Assembly (NCBI GenBank): GCA_016938235.1
Contig: JAFGVA010000198.1
Location: forward strand, 64,752 to 128,751
Direction: 5' to 3'
From: Bacteroidales bacterium
GTDB lineage: Bacteria > Bacteroidota > Bacteroidia > Bacteroidales > UBA10428
Length of the DNA stretch: 64,000 nucleotides
Shown: positions 49,614-59,086 of the stretch, piece by piece
Numbering within the stretch: position 1 is the first letter of the stretch
Layout of the letters: each line of letters starts with the position of its first letter
The notes under the pieces: model-generated
Database searches by the model: none
The model's input: the letters and a program-made list of their open reading frames with translations, nothing else
Told to the model about the DNA's origin: nothing
Position numbers and translations under genes: made by a program

Positions 49614-49796
49614 AAAAGCGGACTTTGGAAAGACTCCCTCAACAAAGTTAATAAAATTAGGAGTGACAGCAATAATTTCAAGGACTGTATAGCCCCCTGC
49701 CTTTGTGCCTTTGGCAGGCAGGTACTTCAAATGGGTCTCTGATTGATAAGTTTGATGCTTGTAATCGCGCACTCTGCAAACACTTGCTGTTAAACT

Positions 49797-50531
49797 CTAC
49801 TCATAAATCATTTTTTTTGTCATGCCCCCATCGACCACAAAGTTCTGACCGGTTATAAACGATGCTTCGTCTGAGATTAAGTACTTAACCATATTTGCAA
49901 TATCTTCGGCTAATCCTACCCTGCCTGCAGGATGCTGATCGTGATCTCTGTCGGTAAGCTTTGTATATACTGCATTTGATTTTTTATGCAAATGACCCAC
50001 TTCAATCCAGCCAGGCGAAATAGCATTTACTCGCACATGGGGCGACAAACTCGCGGCCAGGGCATGTGTTAGCGATAGTATTCCGCCCTTTGATGCCGAA
50101 TAAGCCTCAGTGTCGGGTTCTGACATAAGTGCCCGTGTTGATGCTATGTTAACTATACTCCCGGTATTCTTTTTCAGATACCCGGCAGTTAGTTTAGACA
50201 TGATAAATGTTCCTCCAAGATTAACTCCGATTACGCTATTCCACTCTTCAAGTCTTAATTGTTCAATTGGTTTATTTACTGCTATTGCTGCATTATTAAT
50301 AAGAACAGAGAGTGTTGAGGTGTCAAAAGTGCCAAGAGCCTTTAATACTTGATTTTCATCAGAAACATCAACTACTTTATACTTAATTTTCTTCTCCGGT
50401 ACTTCTAATTCTGCAATTGCTTCGGCATCGTTGTCAAACACAACAACTTCCATCCCCAAATCATCAAGTGCGAAAGCAATAACACGCCCTATACCCTGAG
50501 CTCCACCTGTAACAATAGCAGTTTTCGTCAT
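49797..50531 (-). CDS. Short-chain dehydrogenase/reductase (SDR, FabG-like)
   Basis: 244 aa with TGGAQGIGR (TGxxxGxG), NNAAI and YSASK (YxxxK). Confidence 0.85.
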   Translation of the reverse strand: MTKTAIVTGGAQGIGRVIAFALDDLGMEVVVFDNDAEAIAELEVPEKKIKYKVVDVSDENQVLKALGTFDTSTLSVLINNAAIAVNKPIEQLRLEEWNSVIGVNLGGTFIMSKLTAGYLKKNTGSIVNIASTRALMSEPDTEAYSASKGGILSLTHALAASLSPHVRVNAISPGWIEVGHLHKKSNAVYTKLTDRDHDQHPAGRVGLAEDIANMVKYLISDEASFITGQNFVVDGGMTKKMIYE

Positions 50532-50592
50532 ACTAACTGAATTTTTGTTTTGCTTATTAAAGATACAACTTCTATCAAAAGTGAATTAGTAA

Positions 50593-50892
50593 CTACAAAA
50601 ATTCATTGGGGTCAAGGTTTTCAAGTTCTGCTATATTTTTGATTGCCTCTATCCTGTTTTCGCCGCAAATTGCTTTTTCAGCCTGGAATTTTAAACAGAT
50701 TTCAGGCCGTTCGGGCATACCAAAGAGCTTGCATAATCCCTCATCGGAAAGGTGAATACATTGCACACCGGCCGGCTTTCCATGAGGCATTCCGGGTATG
50801 GGAGAAGATATAGATATTACTATACAACAAGCCGCGCAACCCGGACGGCACTCAATAAACTCTTCTTTATAAGGTTTCTGGTTTATGCTCAT
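50593..50892 (-). CDS. YkgJ-family cysteine-cluster protein (second copy)
   Basis: 99 aa with CRPGCAACC, GVQCIHL and LCKLFGMPERPEIC. Confidence 0.65.
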   Translation of the reverse strand: MSINQKPYKEEFIECRPGCAACCIVISISSPIPGMPHGKPAGVQCIHLSDEGLCKLFGMPERPEICLKFQAEKAICGENRIEAIKNIAELENLDPNEFL

Positions 50893-51214
50893 TGTGTTGC
50901 TGATGTCAATAATCTGTCAAGACTTGAAAATTTATCATTATGATGCTTCAGTGATCGTTTTAAAATTTCATAAGATTCTTCAATACCGCATGTATCCGTT
51001 ATCTCTGTATTAGCTTTATATCCCGACAAATCTTAGTAGGTTAAGAAATAATGTTTTAAACACGTTCAATTACCAAGTCCTGCAATTCACAAATATCGGT
51101 ATAGTGGCTGTAAAATGCAACCTGCTTCCCTGAGTAGCTTTGCGGAATAAAACCATATGATGCAGCAACAACATTTGAATATTTCTGTGGACGGTCAATT
51201 CGCAGGTAACCATC
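50889..51214 (-). pseudogene. Decayed remnant of a gene formerly translationally coupled to the YkgJ-like gene
   Basis: Two open minus-strand fragments, neither with a start codon. Fragment 51214-51056 encodes DGYLRIDRPQKYSNVVAASYGFIPQSYSGKQVAFYSHYTDICELQDLVIERV*. Fragment 51032-50889 encodes DLSGYKANTEITDTCGIEESYEILKRSLKHHNDKFSSLDRLLTSATQ*. The final TGA overlaps the YkgJ ATG (ATGA). The family is not recognised. Confidence 0.3.
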
Positions 51215-51660
51215 CTACTCGTCGAGAAAATTAAATATATAACAAGTTAGAATATCAGAAACTTACATCCGAAACCAACTATCAGTTATTAAACCATATA
51301 TCTATCTATTATCGCCCCACCAGCGCAGGTACAACACACAAAATAAAAGAGACTGGTTTAATACCGATGCACTTCGGAATTGGACCTTTTCTTTTCAACA
51401 GACATGCTATTAATTGTGGGCACAAGTAAATGCTTGCCTTAGTTAATGTCTTTTAACCAGGGCAAATAACAACAATGGAACAGGTTCGTTTAATTCAGAA
51501 ACCGGACGAGGAATACAAGTACCTTATCTTTATAATGATTGTTACCCTGCCACCAAGAAAAAATTTAAGAATCCTGATTCATTCTATAGGCTACAAAAAG
51601 TAAGGATAGATTTAAGGTAAACTTATGATTGCATTAATATGCAACAAGCTCTGTTAGGAA

Positions 51661-51668
51661 TAGATTTG
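51661..51668 (+). promoter_or_regulatory. Candidate -7 promoter element (TAGATTTG) for the Crp/Fnr-like gene
   Basis: TAnnTTTG match 28 nt upstream of ATG 51697. Confidence 0.3.
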
Positions 51669-51696
51669 TATCTGATAATTGTTGGTATGCTGAATT

Positions 51697-52293
51697 ATGA
51701 TGGGAAAGGAAGATGTGAGCCAGTCAAGAGTTGTAAGTTACGGTAAAAACCAACCAATTATACTCAATTCGGGGCAAACAAACAGGTTATATGAAATTAT
51801 TTCGGGTGGAGCAAAGCTATACGGATATTCTCCATCGGGTGAAGATGTGTTGATTGATGTTGCTGTAGCAGGTGATTTTATTGAATCGCATGATTATTCT
51901 GTCTCTGGGTACGAAGAATTTGCAATAACACTGGTCGAAACACAATTAAAGGTTCATTTTCTTTTGGAGCAATCGCTTGAAAACCAATTGCAGAATCCAG
52001 TCATTAGCCGGTATATTAAGTATCTGTCTAAAAGAACAGCTCATTTAAGGCGCCGTTTAATCAATACCTGTAGTTCGAATGCCAATACAAGACTGAGTTA
52101 TACCCGCAAATTTTATGATCTGGAAATCAGAGATAGCTCAAAGAATCCCTATCGGCTTATTGACTTGCTCAGCCAAAAAGAATTAGGACAATTAGGCGGA
52201 GTTACCCGACAAACGGTAAAAAAATACAACAATCAATTACTAAATATTTCATCCTCTCTTTACTTATTGACCTTTCCGGGATTCATTCTTTAA
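51697..52293 (+). CDS. Crp/Fnr-family transcriptional regulator
   Basis: 198 aa with a cNMP-binding-like barrel (LYEIISGGAKLYGYSPSGEDVLIDVAVAGDFIE) and a C-terminal HTH (SQKELGQLGGVTRQTVKKYNNQL). Confidence 0.65.
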   Translation: MMGKEDVSQSRVVSYGKNQPIILNSGQTNRLYEIISGGAKLYGYSPSGEDVLIDVAVAGDFIESHDYSVSGYEEFAITLVETQLKVHFLLEQSLENQLQNPVISRYIKYLSKRTAHLRRRLINTCSSNANTRLSYTRKFYDLEIRDSSKNPYRLIDLLSQKELGQLGGVTRQTVKKYNNQLLNISSSLYLLTFPGFIL

Positions 52294-52421
52294 AAAAATC
52301 AAACACAGGGCAGCATTTTATTTATTTGGTTTAGATGAATTGAGCATCCAATGAATTTTACTGCTGAGACTTTGTCAATAGCAAAAGTTAATCCTGACCG
52401 GACAAAAGGTATTGCACATAA

Positions 52422-52450
52422 AAGGACACCTGCAAAATGCAGGTGTCCTT
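52422..52450. terminator. Strong hairpin between convergent genes
   Basis: AAGGACACCTGCA-AAA-TGCAGGTGTCCTT: perfect 13-nt arms, effectively about 11-12 bp with a small loop. The minus-strand reading is followed by TTTAT. Confidence 0.55.
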
Positions 52451-52470
52451 CAAATAACTAACCTATTAAC

Positions 52471-53853
52471 CTACTTTTGAAAAGATTTAGATTTGATACC
52501 CGGATACAAAATTCCGTTTTGTGCCTTAAAATCGAGATTAAGCAAATAGCTTACCACCGGGGCAATATCTTCGAGCCCCATATGCTGAATTTCAACACCG
52601 CTGGCAATGCCAGCACCCCAGGCTACAAAGCCTGTTTCAATTTCTTTAAAATCGGGGAAAAAGCCATGCGTTCCGCCATAGGCAGCTTTTACTATTTGAC
52701 CCGAAGTATTTGCCGACATAGAGACGCCGGGTATGGGGGCCAGCGCCAGCAAAGCATTCGGATCAGCTCCGATGGCATCAAGTTCGCTTCTGTCTACAAC
52801 CCTGAAAAGCTTTCGGTATTCAGGTGAGAGTGACTCTATTTTCTGTTTGACCTTATCTAAACTAACCGAGTCATTCTTGTCTTTTAAATGCAGAAAAGCT
52901 GAAGCCCCGCTTGTATGGAAGGCTGCTTTCCAGTTCCCCCTGTCTTTACTATCTTCCAGTAAACCTTCTTCTACCAGCCAAATATTGGGACAAAGGGCTG
53001 CCTGAATATTAACAAAACCATGATCGCCCACAACAATAATGGTAGTCCTGTCAAGAATTTTTGCCCGCTGGGCAGCTTCAATAATTTTTCCAACAGCCCT
53101 GTCAGCAGCTGCAAGCGATTTTCTGACCATAGGCCCTTCGCGGCCCTCAAGATGCTGAAAATGATCAGTAGCAATAAGGTGTACTGTCATAAAATTTGGT
53201 TTATATTTCTCAAGCACATAAGCAGCCATTTCACCTGTTCGATCTTCGCGGTTTAAATAATCGCCATTAAAAGTTTTTTCGTTAAGTTGGCCTAGTACGG
53301 CTTTCTCCATTTCGGCCATTAAGCCTTTTGGTGTTTCTTTTGCCCGCATAGGTTCAACACTGTTAAAACCAATAGCTGGATCCCATATTTCAGGAATATT
53401 ATAATCAATCGGGCCATCTACCGATACAGGCCAGATAAAACTGGCACTGGTCAGGCCAGCTTTGCGGGTAGCATGCCAGAGAGTAGGGGTTTTAATCATG
53501 TTTGTATACCAATACCAAAGATCGGACTGGCCTGCAGTATCAAATGGTGAATTATAATAAATGCCATGAATATTTGGCAGAGCCCCTGTAATTATAGTGG
53601 CATGTGATGGGTAAGTTACAGAAGGAAAAATACCTCGTACCCCCAATGCATAGCAGCCATCATTTCGCATTTCTTGTAAATTGGGAGCTGGTAATTTTTC
53701 ATCCAGATAAAATTCAGGATGAAGACCATCAATCGAAATTAGTATTACATGGTCGGAAGGTCTGCTTTCCTGCCCTGATATTTCAGGAGAAAATAAGATA
53801 AACAGTACAATCGCAAAAAGTGTATGTTGGATTTTTTGTCTTTGAATTTTCAT
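52471..53853 (-). CDS. Alkaline-phosphatase-superfamily nucleotide pyrophosphatase/phosphodiesterase (NPP-type), secreted
   Basis: 460 aa with a signal peptide. Blocks are ILISIDGLHPEF, SVTYPSHATIITG (nucleophile Thr context) and VGDHGF. Confidence 0.8.
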   Translation of the reverse strand: MKIQRQKIQHTLFAIVLFILFSPEISGQESRPSDHVILISIDGLHPEFYLDEKLPAPNLQEMRNDGCYALGVRGIFPSVTYPSHATIITGALPNIHGIYYNSPFDTAGQSDLWYWYTNMIKTPTLWHATRKAGLTSASFIWPVSVDGPIDYNIPEIWDPAIGFNSVEPMRAKETPKGLMAEMEKAVLGQLNEKTFNGDYLNREDRTGEMAAYVLEKYKPNFMTVHLIATDHFQHLEGREGPMVRKSLAAADRAVGKIIEAAQRAKILDRTTIIVVGDHGFVNIQAALCPNIWLVEEGLLEDSKDRGNWKAAFHTSGASAFLHLKDKNDSVSLDKVKQKIESLSPEYRKLFRVVDRSELDAIGADPNALLALAPIPGVSMSANTSGQIVKAAYGGTHGFFPDFKEIETGFVAWGAGIASGVEIQHMGLEDIAPVVSYLLNLDFKAQNGILYPGIKSKSFQK

Positions 53854-54033
53854 TTCGATATAATTAAGTAGAAAAAATTACATTAAACCAAAAAAGGTGG
53901 TATTTACTTACCCTTTTATATTTTACCAGATAATTCAGGGTAATTTGTGCAGGGTACTTTATTGAAAATGCATGCAGAAGATAAGCCTTCGCGATTTTCA
54001 TTAATTATTGTTTAGGTCGCTTCATTTCATATT

Positions 54034-54681
54034 TTAATGTAGTTCCTTTTCAATGGATGAGATATATTTCTTGGCATTTTTCTTAAGTAGCGATTCAAAT
54101 TCATCCAGATTAACCAAATCGAATGTATTTGTATATACTTTCCCTTTTATTAACTCTTTCTTTTGCTGATTGTAAATTGTGTAATTGATTATGTGAAACA
54201 TAGTAGGGAAAGGCTTTTCCTGCTTTTTAAAATAGTACTGACTGAAACAAATAATGTATTCTGAATTGTATTTATTCAGCAGCAGATTTAAACTGGCATT
54301 GTTTACCCCCGAAATATCGGTGTATTTTTCATCGTCAGCCCCGGTATATTGTATCTGCCCAAGAAGGTTCATGTATTCTTTATCTTTCGAAGGACATACA
54401 AAACGAAAACGTGAGCTTTTTACTGACGAAATTTCTTTGAGAAAAAGATTATTTACCAGTGTGTCTAAAATTTCTGTCCCTAAACCCATCTTTTCGGCTA
54501 TCATATTTTTTGGGTAGTAATTCGAATTTAGATTATCGTGAAAACCTATGACAACAAAATTACCCGACACCGATGCTAAATCTAATTTATCGCCTTTGGG
54601 TGAAAAGCCACTTGTAATCAGATAACACCCTATTAAGAACAGGGTAAGAGTTCTGGTTTTTTTTAATCTTTTCATTTTCAT
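54034..54681 (-). CDS. Hypothetical lipoprotein
   Basis: 215 aa with the signal LFLIGCY. No motif recognised. It sits between the TBDR and NPP genes on the same strand. Confidence 0.45.
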   Translation of the reverse strand: MKMKRLKKTRTLTLFLIGCYLITSGFSPKGDKLDLASVSGNFVVIGFHDNLNSNYYPKNMIAEKMGLGTEILDTLVNNLFLKEISSVKSSRFRFVCPSKDKEYMNLLGQIQYTGADDEKYTDISGVNNASLNLLLNKYNSEYIICFSQYYFKKQEKPFPTMFHIINYTIYNQQKKELIKGKVYTNTFDLVNLDEFESLLKKNAKKYISSIEKELH

Positions 54682-54748
54682 AGCTTATGGTTTTTGTTAG
54701 TAATAAAATCAGCTTAACCGTTTTAAGGGTTAAGCTGATATTAAAAAA

Positions 54749-57700
54749 TTAAAAGAATAGTTTACCTGAAATCTGGAACTGGTAAGGCGTTCCCCCCGGG
54801 TTTACAACACCCACATTGGTATTCACAGCATATACATACTGATTGGTTTCGGGGTTGAAACTCTTAATAGTCAGCAGGTTTTGGTTACTTAAGGTTTTAC
54901 TCACACCCCATTCTTTATTTAGTAAGTTTGCCACGTTGAATAAATCGGCAGCTAATTCAAAACCAGTGGTTTTTCCGAAATTAAAAAAGAACCGCTTAGA
55001 CATGCGCAGGTCGAGAGTGCCGTAGTAACCATTGATACCACCATTGCGTTTGGCAATCGAGCCAAGGCTTTCTTTAATATAGTCTTTTGCGAGGTTGTCG
55101 GGATTATCAATCACGCCTTGCATGGCTTCGGCAAATGCCGGATCGAGTGATGGATTGGCCGGGTCGAACACAAAAGCCAAATCATTTGAGTTTACAAAAT
55201 CTCCATTTACGTTTCCATTAACCCTCAATGAATAGCGTGTTCCGCCTAAACCAGAATAACGCGCAGCAAAGGTTATTCCGTAAAAAGTGGGCAAAGTACC
55301 ATAAACTACAACTTTGTGACGGTACTGCACATTTGAATAGTTCATCTGGCTAAGGTCGCGCGGATCGTCAACCACCATCTGGAATAATGTGGCGCTGTTT
55401 GCTACGTTTCCATTATACGAAGTATTGTCTTTTGAGTCGTTCCAGGTGTAGCTGGCGGTAATCTGTCCGTCTTTAAAATAGCGGTAAGTACCATCAACTA
55501 CAAGGGTGAACGTATTATTTCTTCCCTCGCTTACCAGCTCAAGTACACGACCAATTTCTTCGGTTTTCCTGCCTTGAGTCCAATCTGCCGATCCATTAGT
55601 GGTAAGTATTGTTTCTGCCGGAACAAAAACTCCACGGTTCGCTTCGTTGGAAATCCGGAAGTAAGGATCATCTACCATGTTCCTGTCGATGTACATATAG
55701 TTATTTCTGGCAAAAGAAGCAATAAAGTTTACACCCAGCCTTACCCTTTCGGCAAAGAAACGATTGTATGAAATATTTGATTTATATACTGTTGGAACTT
55801 TCAGATCTTCGCTGTTCATATTTATAGTTGTAACTTTCGAAACCCCTTCGATTTCGAATAGCTCTTCACCGGGTGCAGTTGAAGGATCATTTCTGTAGCT
55901 GACAAAATCAGGTGTTGGCACATTATCACCCTGAATATCGACAGCGTGAATTTTTGTGCCATCGAACTGAAGGTTATTGATATCGGAATAATTGTTCAAA
56001 GCTGAACCAAATACCCCGGCGCCAATTTTCAGAACATCGGTGTGGTTATTATTGAAATCCCAGATAAACTGCATACGGGGCTGTATTTGGAAACCACTTG
56101 CAGAGCCATCGGTTTTTAGTCCTAAATCTTCAAAAACTACCTGATTGAAGTTTGGGGCTAATAGAAATTTAGTATAGTCGGCACGCAATCCAAGAGTCAG
56201 ATCCATTCCAAGGCCAACCATCATTTGTGCCTGAGCATAGAGACCCCCAGCCAAAATGTTTTGTGTAACCTGTGGATCTTCTACTGCAACCTCGCGGGCA
56301 TAGCGATAAGGAGTCAAATTCTCATAATTATCAAGACCGGTAAAATAGAACCGCCCGTTAAACTCGCTGGTAGCAAGCGAATTGAGATGATTCAACATAA
56401 CATCGGCGCCAAAAGTATAGTTTATATTCCCCTGGGTATAATACAGGTTATTAACTGCCTGAAGTACATTTGCCTCAAATGTTTCCGGCAGGTATCGCTG
56501 ACCCCCAATCTGGATATTAGTCGTAACCTGTTTATCATTAACAGTCGACTCAACCCTTTGCACAATTGCTCTTGGAATATTTTCGGCAGGTAACTGATCG
56601 CTTGGCCTTCCGTCATCGAGGGTATATAAATGCTGGATTTTAAGCTCGTTTGTAGCATTAGTACCTAGTATAGAACGTAAAGAAGCCATAAAACTATTGG
56701 CGGTTGAAAGATGTGATCCATAGACCTCATAAATATTTATGCTAGTATTGTCGCTTACCCCCTGATTGTTCATATCTCTTGAGAAATTATTTCTGATGGT
56801 TAACAGGTGAGTGGGACTCAACTGCCAGTCAATACGGGCAAAAGCCGCATGGGAATAGCGCAGCTTATCGAAACTTCCTGTTTGTTGCGAAGAGGCTACA
56901 CCATATTGTCCGCGTGATATTTGCATGAAGCGGTCAAGAGAGCTTTGCGAAAGATTATATGCGGCTTCATCTTCAGGAGACTGAATATCGGCTATATAAA
57001 GTGGTCGGGCGTCGCGTTGTCCATCATACGAAATAAAGTAGTGTATCCGGTCTTTTAAAATGGGCCCGCCCAGGGTAAAACCATACTGCTGGATTGAAAA
57101 TTCCGATACACGCTTATTCCCGCGTGTGTCATACGGACTGGCAAGCCAGTCGGCACGGTCGTGTAGAAACGCCGAACCATGCATAGTGTTTGTACCCGAT
57201 TTGGTAACAACGCTAACTATACCTCCTCCGCTGCGACCATTAACTATATCATAGTCGTTTGTAACCACTTCGAATTCACGAATGGCTTCCATTGAAATAG
57301 AATAGGGTCCCCGGTTGGTTGTTCCGCTTGACACGGTGCTTCGGTTACTCATACCATCGATGGTATAATTGGTTGAAGAATAAAGCTGACCTAATAAGTT
57401 TCCTCCTCTGCTTACCGGCGAAAGATCCATTAGCGAGGTAAAGTTTCTTCCATTTACAGGCAAAGTAGCCATATCTTTTGCCGTTATGGAGGTTGAACTT
57501 CCCAGTTTATCTATTGTACTGGAAAGGCTGTTAGCTGTAACCACAACTTCCTCGATCGACTCAGATTCTTCCAACAGGGTAAAGTCGATAAGAAGATTAT
57601 CACCCTGGTTGAGGGCATAGCCTGTAAGCTTTTGGGTTCCATAACCTACAAATGAGCAACTTATGGAGTAATTATCTCCTAAGGGAAGCTGCAAAAACTT

Positions 57701-57895
57701 ATACGAGCCATTTGTGCCGGCCACAGTACCTGAGGTAAACCCGGTAGCCTCGTTTTTAATCAGAATAGTGGCACCAATCAGGCTTTCACCATTCTTGTCT
57801 TTTACAAAACCTGTAACCGAAGCATTGGTTCCCTGGCCAAAGACACCCGCTAGTGAAAGGGTTACAAGTAAAAATAGAGTGAGAATTCTTTTCAT
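54749..57895 (-). CDS. TonB-dependent receptor with a CarboxypepD_reg-like N-domain (no SusD partner)
   Basis: 1048 aa with a signal peptide. Blocks are SVTGFVKDKNGESLIGATILIKNEATGFTSGTVAGTNGSYKF, a TonB box/plug (EEVVVTANS), and a barrel ending ISGKLFF. Confidence 0.85.
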   Translation of the reverse strand: MKRILTLFLLVTLSLAGVFGQGTNASVTGFVKDKNGESLIGATILIKNEATGFTSGTVAGTNGSYKFLQLPLGDNYSISCSFVGYGTQKLTGYALNQGDNLLIDFTLLEESESIEEVVVTANSLSSTIDKLGSSTSITAKDMATLPVNGRNFTSLMDLSPVSRGGNLLGQLYSSTNYTIDGMSNRSTVSSGTTNRGPYSISMEAIREFEVVTNDYDIVNGRSGGGIVSVVTKSGTNTMHGSAFLHDRADWLASPYDTRGNKRVSEFSIQQYGFTLGGPILKDRIHYFISYDGQRDARPLYIADIQSPEDEAAYNLSQSSLDRFMQISRGQYGVASSQQTGSFDKLRYSHAAFARIDWQLSPTHLLTIRNNFSRDMNNQGVSDNTSINIYEVYGSHLSTANSFMASLRSILGTNATNELKIQHLYTLDDGRPSDQLPAENIPRAIVQRVESTVNDKQVTTNIQIGGQRYLPETFEANVLQAVNNLYYTQGNINYTFGADVMLNHLNSLATSEFNGRFYFTGLDNYENLTPYRYAREVAVEDPQVTQNILAGGLYAQAQMMVGLGMDLTLGLRADYTKFLLAPNFNQVVFEDLGLKTDGSASGFQIQPRMQFIWDFNNNHTDVLKIGAGVFGSALNNYSDINNLQFDGTKIHAVDIQGDNVPTPDFVSYRNDPSTAPGEELFEIEGVSKVTTINMNSEDLKVPTVYKSNISYNRFFAERVRLGVNFIASFARNNYMYIDRNMVDDPYFRISNEANRGVFVPAETILTTNGSADWTQGRKTEEIGRVLELVSEGRNNTFTLVVDGTYRYFKDGQITASYTWNDSKDNTSYNGNVANSATLFQMVVDDPRDLSQMNYSNVQYRHKVVVYGTLPTFYGITFAARYSGLGGTRYSLRVNGNVNGDFVNSNDLAFVFDPANPSLDPAFAEAMQGVIDNPDNLAKDYIKESLGSIAKRNGGINGYYGTLDLRMSKRFFFNFGKTTGFELAADLFNVANLLNKEWGVSKTLSNQNLLTIKSFNPETNQYVYAVNTNVGVVNPGGTPYQFQISGKLFF

Positions 57896-57906
57896 GATTC
57901 TGTTTA

Positions 57907-59046
57907 TTAAAATTTAAATTGATAGGTAAGATTATTATTGGGCTTGGTAAAGATGTTGGTTACCTGTATTTCCAGCGAGCCACCCTTGTAAAAAAGGGGT
58001 TTATCGCTTTTTGAACTCAGTGTAATAATTGCCTTCGAATGCGCATTAAGGTTGATACTGCGAGGCATTCGTTTAACATTTTCAAGAGGGGTTAACACAA
58101 GGGTAAAAGGAAAGCCCGACTCATTCGAAAATTCAAATATGCCCTCTTCGATATTCCCAATTACCCGAAGTTTTACTGAGCTTTCAAAAACCTGCCTGAC
58201 ATGTTCCTCCCTGCCATACATCATATGATTGCCAATGGCTATGGTACGTCTGTCATCTAGTGCTTCGCGAATACTTTTCTCAGAGCGTTCTTCGGCCAAA
58301 ACCAATGTCATTGTCCGATGTAACATATTGCGATCAATTAAATCCTGAGCGAGAATACGATGCACATCTGAAGTGCCCAGTATTGCCAGATTATAATCGA
58401 GACACCACTGGAAAGCTTCAGCTTCGTACTTGGGGCCATTGATTACTTCAATGCCATCTACCAGCTTTTTTTCGAAAAGTGTTGTATGCACAGGATAGAG
58501 TTCGGCTATCTCGTTTGGACCCGGAAAAGAAGGATGGTTCCAGAAAATATATGCGTTTTGCACTCTGGCAGCTTCCAGTGTTTCAATAATATTTTTGCCA
58601 TCGCGCGAATTTTCCTTATTAACAAAACCTTCAAACACATTTGCATTGTCGATAAAAATTGCATTCAGATGGCCGGGAGGCATTTCACGGGTAATCTCGG
58701 TACCGTGAATTACCAGTACATTTGCCACATTTTGGCGTTTCTCGGCAAGCTCATAGCTGCGGTTGTGATCCGTTGTTTTAAAATCATCGAGATGCGGACG
58801 GTATTCGATATGGTCGGTTATGGCAATGGCATCGATGTCTTCGCCTGCAGCTTCCATTACCCTGAGTGTAGGCCACATTTCGCCATCCGAAAAAACCGTG
58901 TGCGTATGAAAATCGCACTTCAAAACTTTGTAAATTCCTGCATCCGGAAAATCAAAACCCTTTTTATAGGTTTGCGAAAAACCAGCAATTCCTATCTGCA
59001 AAAAAATAATGCTCAGAATTGCTCTTCTCTTTTCTATTTGTCTCAT
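57907..59046 (-). CDS. PHP-domain phosphoesterase, secreted
   Basis: 379 aa with a signal peptide. It has the PHP metal-binding HxH motif (CDFHTHTVFSDGEMWP), AITDHIEY and FWNHP, plus a C-terminal beta-rich domain. Confidence 0.75.
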   Translation of the reverse strand: MRQIEKRRAILSIIFLQIGIAGFSQTYKKGFDFPDAGIYKVLKCDFHTHTVFSDGEMWPTLRVMEAAGEDIDAIAITDHIEYRPHLDDFKTTDHNRSYELAEKRQNVANVLVIHGTEITREMPPGHLNAIFIDNANVFEGFVNKENSRDGKNIIETLEAARVQNAYIFWNHPSFPGPNEIAELYPVHTTLFEKKLVDGIEVINGPKYEAEAFQWCLDYNLAILGTSDVHRILAQDLIDRNMLHRTMTLVLAEERSEKSIREALDDRRTIAIGNHMMYGREEHVRQVFESSVKLRVIGNIEEGIFEFSNESGFPFTLVLTPLENVKRMPRSINLNAHSKAIITLSSKSDKPLFYKGGSLEIQVTNIFTKPNNNLTYQFKF

Positions 59047-59078
59047 TTTTTTTGAACGGTTATGTTTGTATTTTGAGG

Positions 59079-59086
59079 CAAAAGTA
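59079..59086 (-). promoter_or_regulatory. Candidate -7 promoter element (TACTTTTG) for the PHP-TBDR operon
   Basis: TAnnTTTG match on the minus strand, 32 nt upstream of the PHP ATG (59046). Confidence 0.35.

Noticed and set aside
37104-50892. Two YkgJ-family cysteine-cluster genes (37104-37616 and 50593-50892) as parts of one system
   Set aside because: They are 13 kb apart, sit in unrelated neighbourhoods, and share only the family Cys motif. Nothing in the sequence links them functionally.
51475-51603. A 42-aa ORF (MEQVRLIQKPDEEYKYLIFIMIVTLPPRKNLRILIHSIGYKK) in the ORF-free region
   Set aside because: It is short with no recognisable features, so the evidence is insufficient.
58486-59055. 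A 189-aa ORF antisense to the PHP phosphoesterase gene
   Set aside because: It lies completely within the opposite-strand gene, which has clear PHP motifs. It has no motifs of its own and the Cys/Phe/Ile-rich composition typical of antisense frames.
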